Positions 8,374-18,600 of a DNA stretch of 30,130 nucleotides are shown here, piece by piece. A model generated the notes under the pieces. The model was not told the origin of the DNA and did not search any database. It worked only from the letters and a program-made list of their open reading frames with translations. Made by a program: the position numbers and the translations under genes. Position 1 is the first letter of the stretch. Every line of letters starts with the position of its first letter. Origin of the DNA: an uncultured Candidatus Poseidoniales archaeon. GTDB taxonomy: Archaea; Thermoplasmatota; Poseidoniia; Poseidoniales; Thalassarchaeaceae. The stretch lies in contig CAYYAH010000001.1 in NCBI GenBank assembly GCA_964470075.1, forward strand, positions 1 to 30,130. Direction: 5' to 3'.

Positions 8374-9432
8374 ATGTCTGATATGCTATCCTACGGTCTT
8401 CTAGCCATCGTAATTGGACTTGTAATCCTACTGGTATATGCTCTTTCTCTGCTGAAATCAATACAACAGGAGTCTGCAATGATTCGTGACCAAGCTGCTC
8501 AGATTCACACGCAGGGAGAAGTTAACAAGGAGGCAATTGGGAATTTGGATTTCTCTGTCAAACCGGAAGTCATCACCGCGGGAATAGCCGCTAGTGGAGA
8601 GACTCTGAAGGGGGCTGTCGCAGGCACAATGAAAGATCTGAAGATTTCCGAGGACATTGGAAACATCAGGAGTTCTGCAGATTCTGTGGCCAGCGAGGTA
8701 GCAGAGATACAGAAGATATTCCTCGACAAGCAAGCTGCCGCTGGTTGGGCAGAGATAGAATTGGAGAGGATATTGAAGGACTCCTTCGCTAATGTTAGCA
8801 TCAGGAAAAAGGTTCCGAAACTAGATAGTATTCCAGATGCTAGTCTGAAACTATCAGACGGTAGAATCCTTTGTATCGACTCAAAGTTCCCGGTTAAAGC
8901 GTTCAGAGATACTCTGGCTGCTTCAGAGGGAGGCGAGGGTGGCGAGGACGGCAGATCCCGAGTTGGTAGTAAGAAGGCGTTTCTTGAGGCAGTCAAGGGA
9001 CATATCGCCAAAGTCGAGTCGAGTTACATCAGACCTGATTTAGGGACTACCGAAATCGCGTATCTGTATATTGCATCTGAGAGAATATACGACTACATGA
9101 TTACTCCAGACAATCAAGAGGAGTCAGCACTTATTCGGGATGCAGCAAGTAGAGGGGTTGTCGTCTGCTCGCCGAACACTATGATTGCAAATATGCATCT
9201 TCTACATATCTCTGAGAGGGCTATGGGGATTGCTGAGAAGTCAGATGAAATTATCAGAGGTCATGCGCGTCTCAGGAACGATTTGAATATCCTGCATTCT
9301 GTTTGGGGAACTCTCAGCTCTCAGATTAGTAACTCCTATGCGAACCGTACCAAACTGCAGGAATCGATGGAATCCCTAGAGCGAGCGTTGGACTCACTCG
9401 AGAGTCTAGATCTGAGTGGGGATGAAGACTGA
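8374..9432 (+). CDS. rmuC: RmuC-family DNA recombination protein
   Basis: N-terminal TM, coiled coil, PD..ILCIDSKFP nuclease-like motif, YIRPDLGTTEIAYLYIASE, VVVCSPNT. Confidence 0.85.
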   Translation: MSDMLSYGLLAIVIGLVILLVYALSLLKSIQQESAMIRDQAAQIHTQGEVNKEAIGNLDFSVKPEVITAGIAASGETLKGAVAGTMKDLKISEDIGNIRSSADSVASEVAEIQKIFLDKQAAAGWAEIELERILKDSFANVSIRKKVPKLDSIPDASLKLSDGRILCIDSKFPVKAFRDTLAASEGGEGGEDGRSRVGSKKAFLEAVKGHIAKVESSYIRPDLGTTEIAYLYIASERIYDYMITPDNQEESALIRDAASRGVVVCSPNTMIANMHLLHISERAMGIAEKSDEIIRGHARLRNDLNILHSVWGTLSSQISNSYANRTKLQESMESLERALDSLESLDLSGDED

Positions 9433-9450
9433 GTACTCCTTCCGGCACTC

Positions 9451-10032
9451 ATGGTGGACTGGGGTTCTATCGATTATCACCCGGTAGTTCATCTTCCTGA
9501 TGAGTATGAAGTTAGAGACTTCACATCCGGCGACTACTCTCCCTCGAAATACGAATTTGATATCGGACGATACGATGAGCTGCGACCTGGGATGTATTCT
9601 ACTGAACTCTTTGCAGGAGAGAGGTTTCTCCATGTAGGGATAGACATCGGAGGGCCAGTAGGGACGCCATGTATGGCATTCATGGAAGGTGAAGTCTCAC
9701 ACTTCGGCTACAATCCAGCAGCCGGAGACTACGGTAATGTTGTCATAACCAAGCATGAGATTGGTGGAGTTCCAGTTTGGGCCTTGTACGGGCACCTAGA
9801 TGCCGCCTCAATAGAAGAGAAACAGGTCGGACAGAGGGTCGAATCCGGAGAGGTGGTTGCTTGGTTTGGTTCATTCGAGGAGAATGGTGGCTGGGAGCCT
9901 CATCTACACTTCCAATTGTCTCTAATTGAGCCCGAGACTCACGATTTACCCGGAGTAGTCGCACCTGAAGATAGAAAGCATGCTCTGGAAGTCTATCCCG
10001 ACCCTAGGAACGTGCTCGGACCACTCTACTAA
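9451..10032 (+). CDS. M23-family zinc metallopeptidase, no signal peptide
   Basis: HxxxD (HVGID, 9631-9645), LYGHL, HxH (HLH, 9901-9909). Confidence 0.9.
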   Translation: MVDWGSIDYHPVVHLPDEYEVRDFTSGDYSPSKYEFDIGRYDELRPGMYSTELFAGERFLHVGIDIGGPVGTPCMAFMEGEVSHFGYNPAAGDYGNVVITKHEIGGVPVWALYGHLDAASIEEKQVGQRVESGEVVAWFGSFEENGGWEPHLHFQLSLIEPETHDLPGVVAPEDRKHALEVYPDPRNVLGPLY

Positions 10033-11066
10033 ACTGTAGACAGGTGGGCCTTGAGTGATTCGATTGGGGCCATCTCAGAGGGGTCGTTTGCCTTGAGTGC
10101 AGCCAGCATTATCGAAACCCAATCTGTTACATGTGTGGCATACAACAGTCGTTCCAGTAGATTCTCTCCCTCACATTCGATTCTCCATGAGACCTGATTC
10201 TCCACATTGTCCATCATCCATTGCATCCTAGTCTGACTGCGTGGGTGAATGCCTTCACAGGTAAGTACTATCATCGCTCTAGATTGGCCCTCAGATTGCC
10301 ATGCAACAATCTCATTGTGATTCATCTCGGGAACCTCAACGGGATTAGCGAAGCCATTCGCATTCTCGTTGATCTGGCAAGCGAAGCGATATCCAACAGC
10401 GCCCATCTCGGTCGGGGAGATGATTCCGATTTCTCTTCCCACTAGAGACTTTGCCATAGTCTGCCACATCGCATCCCCTCCGGAAGGATCTGCTTGAACT
10501 GATGCATCCCTTAGCCTAACGAGCATCTCTGCCAAGTCTCCCTCATCGGGCCTTCTGAGAAGTCCCATGTCCCAACAAACTGCGACTTGAGCACCGAAGA
10601 TGTGACCGAATGCTGTCCTAGGCATCTGCCCTCCGGGGACTTCAATCAAGGTGGCATCATCACTACCCAGAACTAAATCTGAAAGTTTACCTCCTGAAGA
10701 AACCGCAATCACAGAACCTCCTGATTCTAAGGCCTCTCTGACGCCGTCCAGCGTCTCCTCGGTGTTTCCAGAGTAAGATGTGGCAAGAACTAGCCACTCT
10801 GGGCCCCACCAACTCGGTAGGCCGTAGTCGCTCCAGACTACAAATGGCATACCTCCCTCGGAATCTGCCAGTGACTTTAGGAACCTACCTCCGGCTCCTG
10901 ATCCACCCATCCCGAGGCAGACAATCCCACTCCAGTCGGTATCGGAAACCAATCCAGTCTTTTGACTAATTGCCGCCTCGAAGTCGTCAACGAAGGAACG
11001 GGTCAAGTCTGCCATATTGGCCGAATCGTGTTGCGAAAGCAATTCTGAGACATCGGAATCACTCAT
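10029..11066 (-). CDS. Bifunctional phosphoglucose/phosphomannose isomerase (SIS domains)
   Basis: GMGGSG, SYSGNTEETL, QINENA, EMNHNEI. Confidence 0.88.
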   Translation of the reverse strand: MSDSDVSELLSQHDSANMADLTRSFVDDFEAAISQKTGLVSDTDWSGIVCLGMGGSGAGGRFLKSLADSEGGMPFVVWSDYGLPSWWGPEWLVLATSYSGNTEETLDGVREALESGGSVIAVSSGGKLSDLVLGSDDATLIEVPGGQMPRTAFGHIFGAQVAVCWDMGLLRRPDEGDLAEMLVRLRDASVQADPSGGDAMWQTMAKSLVGREIGIISPTEMGAVGYRFACQINENANGFANPVEVPEMNHNEIVAWQSEGQSRAMIVLTCEGIHPRSQTRMQWMMDNVENQVSWRIECEGENLLERLLYATHVTDWVSIMLAALKANDPSEMAPIESLKAHLSTV

Positions 11067-12117
11067 TGACAGGCCTCCTTCTAGCAGGTAGGGCTACCCA
11101 TGCGCCGTCTATGAAGCCGATGCGTATGCGATTGGCTTGGCCATCATCGTCGTAGGGTAGAGCCACTGTCACCATCCTATAATCGGTGGGATCCATCACC
11201 TCAACGGCTGAACTGTCTCTATTCATCACCTCGACAACATGCTGCTCCCTGCTTGGACAGACGATGTTGGATTTCTCCATATCCCTCCATGACGCACCAG
11301 ATCTCTCGTATCTGTCAAGTCGGCGTAGACTTGGGCCATCACTCTGCCAGCCATCAATCATCCACAACTGCTTCCTGAAGCGGACAACGTCGTCTAAATC
11401 GTAAGCTGGTTTACGATAACTCAATGTCAGCCTAGTGACATCAATACCGTCATTTGAGCCGACAACTGTAGAGGTCTCCTTGATGGTGCCTCCATGAGAC
11501 CTGACGAGTCTTCTTCCCCAATTTCTAGCCATCGCCTTCGAACCAAGTTGTAGGTCCCAGCCACCTGTCACCTGGCCCTCCTTAGTGATGAAAAACATAG
11601 GATCTGATTCCATATTCTCAAGCATCTCGTCCAATGTTCCTCTCAACTGCTTGAGTTCGACATCATCCAAGCGCCTTCCCGCGGACCTCAGTTGTACAGT
11701 GGCTTCGAAGTACGACCCGGCCTTCCTAGTACATGGTGTGCAGACGGCGTTGCTTGTCTGAAGTAGCGATTCGTGACTGTCATCGAATTGGTAGCCCTCG
11801 ATGGTACCCGAAACCCCGACGTGCAGTCTACATGTTCGATCGTCGATTACCGCTACAGAGAAAGAAACCTCAACATTCTGCGCGCGCTCATCGGCAACCA
11901 GATTCTCTCTGATTCTCAAATCTGCGATGTCCTCAGCATCCATCTTAGACCATCTTCCACGCACTTCATACGAGTCACACTTGGCACAGCGGGACTGTTG
12001 TATCCTCTCTGGTAGTTTTGAGAGTTCAGTTCGCTGCCTGAGGCAGGTTTCGCACATCCTCTCCGAGGTCAGGGGCGGAGGTGCCCCACAAATGATACAG
12101 AATGCTCCCTCGGACAT
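11059..12117 (-). CDS. nmd3: Nmd3-family large ribosomal subunit biogenesis protein
   Basis: Four CxxC pairs (CIIC, CETC, CAKC, CTPC) and SYFEATVQLR. Confidence 0.9.
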   Translation of the reverse strand: MSEGAFCIICGAPPPLTSERMCETCLRQRTELSKLPERIQQSRCAKCDSYEVRGRWSKMDAEDIADLRIRENLVADERAQNVEVSFSVAVIDDRTCRLHVGVSGTIEGYQFDDSHESLLQTSNAVCTPCTRKAGSYFEATVQLRSAGRRLDDVELKQLRGTLDEMLENMESDPMFFITKEGQVTGGWDLQLGSKAMARNWGRRLVRSHGGTIKETSTVVGSNDGIDVTRLTLSYRKPAYDLDDVVRFRKQLWMIDGWQSDGPSLRRLDRYERSGASWRDMEKSNIVCPSREQHVVEVMNRDSSAVEVMDPTDYRMVTVALPYDDDGQANRIRIGFIDGAWVALPARRRPVNE

Positions 12118-12180
12118 ACTCCTCGCCGGTCTGCGCCTCGCCGCCCCGTTTCAAGGGTTCCCGTAGGGAAAAACGCGTTC

Positions 12181-12330
12181 TCACTCACTTTCTTCGGGTA
12201 ATACGGCATCCTCAACCGCTGTCAGGCGGGCATCCACGTCATACAACCTAGTTACTAGGCGATAGACATAGGCGCCGATTAGTCCCATCATTGCTGCGTA
12301 GGCCAGTCCAAGTTCAGTCACACCACTCAA
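12181..12330 (-). CDS. CcmD-like single-TM peptide (49 aa)
   Basis: TTG start overlaps the ccmC stop (TTGA); TGA at 12183-12181. Translation MSGVTELGLAYAAMMGLIGAYVYRLVTRLYDVDARLTAVEDAVLPEESE is one TM followed by a charged helix. Not in the ORF track. Confidence 0.65.
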   Translation of the reverse strand: MSGVTELGLAYAAMMGLIGAYVYRLVTRLYDVDARLTAVEDAVLPEESE

Positions 12331-13040
12331 TGTATCGCCCCCTCGTCCAGTTGGCGCTGAAGGTGAGACAGTCTTGATTCCATCCTATGCAATGTGTCAG
12401 TAAGTATGGCGAGGCCTGCGAAGAGCAAAAGAAACGAGCCGAAGCCTAGCATCATTACTGTAAGAATCTCCGGAGCTAATCCTGACTCTTCGCTCTCGAT
12501 GACTACGATTCCTGGGTGACGTTCCTGATACCACGTTGTCGCGAGGGCTGTTACAGGGACTAGGGCGAACCCAAAGAGTCCGATTGCAGCGATGGTGTCT
12601 CTAGTCCCTTGGCCATCAGGCTGAGAGCCTCTCGCCAGAACTAAGAACACCGAAACTGCAGTCAAAAGCCCGTAGGTGTTGAGTCTCAAGTCCCCCCAAT
12701 CCCAAGGGACTCCCCATTCTGCTGAACCCCATATAGGGCCTGAGATGACTACTCCCAGTCCAAACAGCAGGGCCAAATCAGAACCCGTACAAATCATCCT
12801 CCATCCGAGTTCCGAACGCCTAACATACCAGGCTAATGAGCCTACGAAAAGGGTGCAGTATGCGAGGAAAGATGTCCAAGCAAATGGGACATGCCAGTAG
12901 AGAATCCTGTATGCCTCAGGAGAATTCCACGCTTCAGGGTCGACTGTAGGAGCCCAAATGAAGCCCAAAAGTAGAGTCAGAGTAGCCCCTATGAGGCCAA
13001 GCGCCATGAGCGTGATGCCCGCTCTTGAGACTCCAATCAT
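12327..13040 (-). CDS. ccmC: Heme exporter / cytochrome c biogenesis protein CcmC
   Basis: Trp-rich WGSAEWGVPWDWGDLRLN motif; both His ligands (YWHVP, ERHPG); about 6 TM. Confidence 0.9.
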   Translation of the reverse strand: MIGVSRAGITLMALGLIGATLTLLLGFIWAPTVDPEAWNSPEAYRILYWHVPFAWTSFLAYCTLFVGSLAWYVRRSELGWRMICTGSDLALLFGLGVVISGPIWGSAEWGVPWDWGDLRLNTYGLLTAVSVFLVLARGSQPDGQGTRDTIAAIGLFGFALVPVTALATTWYQERHPGIVVIESEESGLAPEILTVMMLGFGSFLLLFAGLAILTDTLHRMESRLSHLQRQLDEGAIH

Positions 13041-13078
13041 GAGGGTGCGAGAATGCTGCTAGTCATCAATGCTAGTTC

Positions 13079-14491
13079 TCAGGCATCAGGTAGAAAAACT
13101 GCGACTGCCCAGACTGCTGCGGAGATTAGGCTTGCAATGATGCAGGAGATTAGAGGGTCGCCGATACTCAGTCCAAATGACATCCCATCGGTCATCATCA
13201 GAGATAGTGCGTCGGTCAGCTGTAGGAATGGCCAGACGAGAACTAGTAGCAGCAACGAGGCAGCAGCGGCTGAGGCCCTGCGCAGATCTGCAACCAGTAA
13301 ATGCAAAGCCGCTGCTGCTGCTGCGAGATCGATGATAATCAGAGCAGGTAGCCAGAGCCAGCGAGTGACTTCGGAGTGATTAGCGAATTCTGAGGGATCA
13401 ACCAATATTGCCCAAGCAAGGTACGTTATCGGTAAGGGCAGTATAATTGAGGCTCCAACCAAGGAGTAGGTCTGCCTTGCGCTAGGTCCAATCATAGCAT
13501 TCCACCAAGCCCCGCATCTCTCTTCGGCGAGACGGCGAGTTAGTGCGGGTGAGATGACTGCGGTGATGAATGCTGGAGCCAATACTAAGGCAGCGACTAG
13601 GTCGTTTCCGACATGAGCCATGTCAATTTCCCCTACTAGCGCGTAAGATAGTAGTAGAGCGACTAGAGCAGGTGCGGCTCTACCAATGGTATCTAGTGGA
13701 TTCCTAGTCTCCATCCTGATTGCCCATCGAATCAGTGCTCCGTGCACGCTTTGCTCAACCGGCAGGAGTGGTTCTGGCAAGTCGGAAGGTGTTCCTTCAG
13801 AGTTGCCTTTTGACTCGTTCAGTTTTCCGTTTGCGACTTCCATCTCGCGGTCACAGCAATTGATAATCGCTTGGTCGTGAGTCGCCACCATCACTGCGTG
13901 GCCATTTTGTGCGAGCCCCCTCAACCAGCCAATCAAGAGTTCTTTGCCGTCTCGGTCCAAGCCTTCGGATGGCTCGTCCAGCATAACTACTCTGGGCTTT
14001 GCACTGAATGCTGCTGGAGCCAAACCACACAGAACTGCCAGACGACGACGCTGTCCGCCAGAAAGCTGAGCGACTCTGTCGGCCCTGCGGTGCTCGAGCC
14101 CCCAGTCCCTGAGAGCATCCGAAGCAGACGGTTCGGACATTTCTCTACCAGCGACCTTGAGTGCAACCTCAAGCCTCTCTTCAACAGTTTCCTCACCGCA
14201 AATTCCATCTCTCTGGAGAGTCAGGCCGGTCGGCGGGGGCTGATTCCTTCTCCCTTCGTGATCGCGGATAACTTCCATCTTTCCAGATTCGCTCTGTCTA
14301 TCAACCACTCCTGCGGACAAAGGTAGTATTCCTGCACATGTCTCAAGCATGGTGGTCTTCCCTGAGCCGTTGTCTCCAGTGAGAGAAACAATCTCCCCTG
14401 ATGAGAGTTCGAAATCAACGCCCTTGAGTACTGTCGTACTTCCTCTATCGACGGAGATGCCTGACGCCTGTAGCATCGGGCCTGTTGCCAT
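13079..14491 (-). CDS. ABC ATPase fused to CcmB-like permease (CcmA-CcmB fusion)
   Basis: Walker A GDNGSGKT, signature LSGGQ, Walker B VMLDEP, H-loop THD (about 14476-13817), then a roughly 6-TM domain (about 13741-13082) directly upstream of ccmC. Start is probably 14491 or 14476. Confidence 0.8.
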   Translation of the reverse strand: MATGPMLQASGISVDRGSTTVLKGVDFELSSGEIVSLTGDNGSGKTTMLETCAGILPLSAGVVDRQSESGKMEVIRDHEGRRNQPPPTGLTLQRDGICGEETVEERLEVALKVAGREMSEPSASDALRDWGLEHRRADRVAQLSGGQRRRLAVLCGLAPAAFSAKPRVVMLDEPSEGLDRDGKELLIGWLRGLAQNGHAVMVATHDQAIINCCDREMEVANGKLNESKGNSEGTPSDLPEPLLPVEQSVHGALIRWAIRMETRNPLDTIGRAAPALVALLLSYALVGEIDMAHVGNDLVAALVLAPAFITAVISPALTRRLAEERCGAWWNAMIGPSARQTYSLVGASIILPLPITYLAWAILVDPSEFANHSEVTRWLWLPALIIIDLAAAAAALHLLVADLRRASAAAASLLLLVLVWPFLQLTDALSLMMTDGMSFGLSIGDPLISCIIASLISAAVWAVAVFLPDA

Positions 14492-14582
14492 GAGTCCGGG
14501 AGTATGCTGTATCGTTTGAGTGATTCCATACGACGAAGCGGCTATTCGCATAGACCTAGGCGCAGGGACAAGGGGAAGTCGA

Positions 14583-15602
14583 ATGAGTGCATTTGATTGG
14601 TTCGATATTTTGTTGCTGGCTGCAATACTATGCGCAGCGGTTGCTCCATTTGTGTGGGCAGTGCGCTCTGAGACCAGCGTTGCGCTAGCAACAGTTCTCT
14701 CACTCCTCCTAGTCTCATTTGTTCAGTTCGCAGAGTCGACATTGGGGGGCTTTGCAATGAGTCAATCATGGGTGATAGATTCTATGGGGATCAAGCCGAA
14801 CATTATGACAAATACAGCAGAGTCCTACCGAATGGTGACTGCAGCGTGGCTGCACGCTGACTGGGTTCATGTTCTTGGAAACATACTCGTCGTGGCTTTG
14901 GTCGGAGTCCCCTTGGAACAGCGCCTTGGCGCTCGTAGGTGGATTGTAGCATATTCTCTAGGATTCATGGGAGGTAACATCGCATGGATTCTAACTCATC
15001 CAGAGTCATCAATCCCTGCTATTGGGGCCAGCGGAGCGGCATTCGGGCTACTGGGGGCATACATGGCATGCTGGCCAGAAGATAAGATTGAGTTCCCACT
15101 ACTATTCTTGATTAGGGCATGGCCGGTTTGGCTAATTGTCTTCGTTAGACTTGGACTTGAGGTCTGGCAGATTTACGACTTACAAACTGCGACTGCTGGA
15201 CAGTCTAATGTTGCCCACATGGCACATGTCGGCGGATTCTTCCTAGCGTATCTGCTCGCAAGACCGCTGGCGCGAGGCGCGCCGAGCTCCCTAGACGAAC
15301 CTTCGGGAACCTCTGGCGCAGAGCGTTCTACTGCAATGAGAGAGCAAGCGAAGAGTCGTATGGGTAGTCTGGAAGAAGATCCTTGGGCCATAGCAGGAAA
15401 ACCGCTTCACGGCGCCGCTAATAGAATAATGACGCGTCTCAGAGAAGAGGGGGATGAGTTGGAAACTAGAAGGGCATGGCTAGAGGAGCTGTCTGAGAAT
15501 GCTATCTGCCCTACATGTGACGGCGAGATTGTAACAGAGATGGATGGTGAAATCTGTCGTCTCAGATGTACGCTCTCTGGCTCCCATCTCAAGTGGCCGT
15601 AA
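14583..15602 (+). CDS. Rhomboid intramembrane serine protease with C-terminal Cys/His zinc-ribbon-like tail
   Basis: WLHADWVHVLGN, GASG (Ser 15030), AHVGG (His 15225); tail CPTC..CRLRC..H. Likely start MSAFDW. Confidence 0.9.
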   Translation: MSAFDWFDILLLAAILCAAVAPFVWAVRSETSVALATVLSLLLVSFVQFAESTLGGFAMSQSWVIDSMGIKPNIMTNTAESYRMVTAAWLHADWVHVLGNILVVALVGVPLEQRLGARRWIVAYSLGFMGGNIAWILTHPESSIPAIGASGAAFGLLGAYMACWPEDKIEFPLLFLIRAWPVWLIVFVRLGLEVWQIYDLQTATAGQSNVAHMAHVGGFFLAYLLARPLARGAPSSLDEPSGTSGAERSTAMREQAKSRMGSLEEDPWAIAGKPLHGAANRIMTRLREEGDELETRRAWLEELSENAICPTCDGEIVTEMDGEICRLRCTLSGSHLKWP

Positions 15603-15670
15603 TCGCATCCAGACTACGCCGATACAGGTTGGGATTATACAGCATCCGAGTTTGGCTCTCTGTGAGAGCC

Positions 15671-18600
15671 ATGCCAGATAGCACTAGGATGAGGATTCCG
15701 CTAATCATCGCGCTTCTTGTGTTCGTGATGGATGTCTCAGTGGCTGCTGGAGCCTTGGTACCCTCGCCAAATCAACCTTCGGATAGCATATCAGATGGCT
15801 CTATTGATGCGGATTTACCCCCTCTGATGTGTGGAGATAGTATCTGTCTCGACAAAGATCGGTCTCCTGGATTCCCTCCTCCCGGGGCCGGCTGGCCAGT
15901 TGAGGAACCCGGGTGGTGGTTCGGCTACTGGTACGACCTAGATTCCAATGGGATGGATGACAGGTTGCAGAGAGTGATTGCCGGCCAGAGGAATTCAGTC
16001 TCCACCACCTCGATAACCGGGGCAGATGGGCTCCCAACGGTTGCAATTGTAGTGGATTATTCATGGCATCCGGGAACCGAAGACATCAGTGCAATCAAGC
16101 AAGTTCTGTACGACCATGGATGGGATGAGGAGGGATCGTGGTTCGACCCTCTTGGCATCCTTGATTCAATTGTCATCGATCATGTCCCGGTCAGTTCATT
16201 GATTGACATCTGGTCTCTCGATGGAGTGGTGATGATTGAAGAGCAGAATGTCATTGTCCCTCTACTCGACAAGGCCACTCGTGGCTCCAAGGTGAGAGAT
16301 TCGGAAGTCTTTGATGAGACTATGCGAGACTTCGGCTACGATGGCTCAGGCGTTGTTATTGCGATTCTTGATACCGGTGTAGACAACGAGCATTTCTCAC
16401 TCGATGACTTCTCCGACTCGAACAATGACAATGAGAAGGATCCGGACGAATTGGCTGATCCAAAGTGGTTGGCAGGTTGCGACGCCACATCGTGGAGTTC
16501 ACAGGACTGTGACGATGGTAGTTTAGACCCAGATGATGGGGACGGGCATGGCACTCATGTTGCAGGAATCGCCCTAGGTACAGGAGATTCCCGTAGAATA
16601 AACCAAGGATACGCCCCTGGAGCTTACCTAGTCGATGTCAAGGTCATGACTGATGCTGGTGCTACCAATTCCGCTGCAACCCTCAGGGGCATTCAGTGGG
16701 TAGTTGACAATGTCGATACTGATTGGGGCAATAACGATTCTAGCGAGGGCATTCAAGTGATGTCAATGTCGTTCGGTTCCGCTAGCCCCGGCGGGGATGA
16801 TGATCCCGGAGATAACGGTACAAATGCCGATGCTAGGGCAGTAGATGCTGCGGCTGAAGCTGGGATAGTTCCCGTAGCTGCAATCGGAAACGATGGTAAG
16901 CGCAGGGTGACTTCGGTCGGAGCCTCTGACAGTGCTATCACGGTTGGAGCAATCGATGATGAGAACACCATTGAGCGTGGAGACGATATGATTGCATCCT
17001 ATTCAAACTCGGGACCCAGAGAGGATGATGGCGATGACAATGAGTGGGAAGAACTCAAGCCCACGGTAGTAGCTCCTGGATCTAACATCATGTCAGCGCA
17101 GCATGCTGCTTCAAGCAGCACTCTGCCGGGCGCTCCCAAGCCTCTGGCCGAGGATAGTTACACTCAGTTGACGGGAACCAGTATGTCTTGCCCTGCGGTA
17201 GCAGGATTTGTTGCCGTCATGCTCCAAATCGATGATGGTTTGAAGCCTCAAGAAGTCAAGGACCTTCTACAGAACAATTCCGAGACTCGTGGTCAGGCAT
17301 CTCTTCCCGATATCAGTAACAGATGGAACGAAGACTACGGATTTGGAATCATCGATGGCAATCTGATTCTGAATGCCATGCTTGGAGGAAACGTTGACCC
17401 TGGCCCTGGTAATGGAACAGAACCTCCACCTACAGGCTCTGGAGAATGGGTTGTAATGGAGAGTCCTGAAGAAGATGCTTGGCTGGTCGAGGGTGAGACT
17501 TACAGCGCCAGAGGACACATCGACGAGGACAAGGATACTAACGGCACGATTGAGGAGGTATCAGTCAGAGTTTCTTACTCTCACAGGCCTGAGGGGGAAC
17601 CGAAACAAGAGGTCGTATTGGTCGACTGGCATGCAGCGCAAGGTACGACTAACTGGACTACTCCATTCACTCTGCCAGAATTTTCTGAAGATGAGATTGA
17701 GGTAATCGAAGTAATCATAGAGGCTCAAGCCAGAAATGAATTTGAACAGTGGAGTGAGGTTGTAGAGCAGAAGCACGAAGTCGGCCTCGTAGCGGTAACA
17801 ATGGGAGGCCCCAGTGGCCAAGAGGCTGTTTCAGGTAGTGTCAATGTCTTCGGCACATGGGAATCGGTCAATGGCGGCACCGTTCAATGGAGAATAGGTA
17901 CGGAGCCTTGGGAAACTGCACAGACATTCGGAGGTAGTGGCAGCTCCAATGGCGACTGGTCTGTAACATGGAACACAGAGAACGTGGATGATGGCTTCTA
18001 CAGAATCTCGGCCAGAATGGTCAGCGGCGACGGAATCTACTCTGAGGAAGTCAAGAGAGTTGTCGAGGTCGATAATGATCCGCCAGCGCCTAATCTGATT
18101 TTCAGGACTGGGCTGTCAGTAGAGGAGTATGGAACACCCATCAGTGAGACGTACGTCAATACATTCCTTGAGATCAGGACAGAAATCCGCAACGATGGTG
18201 ATATGACTGCCTCCGACTTAGCGATCTCACTGTACGAAGATGGAGCTCGTAAGGATGAGATGGTGCTACCCAGCATCGATAGTGGAGATATCGTTGAGGT
18301 GGTCCTATATTGGAATCCAACCACTATTGGAGACAAGACTGTGTTGGTTTCCCTCGACCCTGCGAATACAATTGAGGAGTTGGATGAGACGGATAACGAT
18401 CAGTCGATTACATTCCCTGTGATTCAAAGGCCCCAAGGAATTGATCTTGCATTCAGAGATGGGGCCATCAGAACTGAGCCTCCGATTCCAAGACCAAACG
18501 ACCAATTCCTGATTACGGCTAGAGTTGACAATCTTGGTTCGACCGACGCAACGAGTGTTGAGGCTTCTCTTGAGATACACAATGGCCTCGGATGGGTACT

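Noticed and set aside
8505-9011. Long antisense ORFs (8505..9011, 18305..18748, 18424..18930, 19093..19608, 25381..25932, 26284..26697)
   Set aside because: Ser/Pro/Ile-rich mirror translations with no motifs; typical shadows of real genes.
14492-15670. Apparent overlaps ccmA/rhomboid (14520-14551) and rhomboid/S8 (15566-15602)
   Set aside because: Artefacts of longest-ORF start calling; downstream ATGs give non-overlapping genes.
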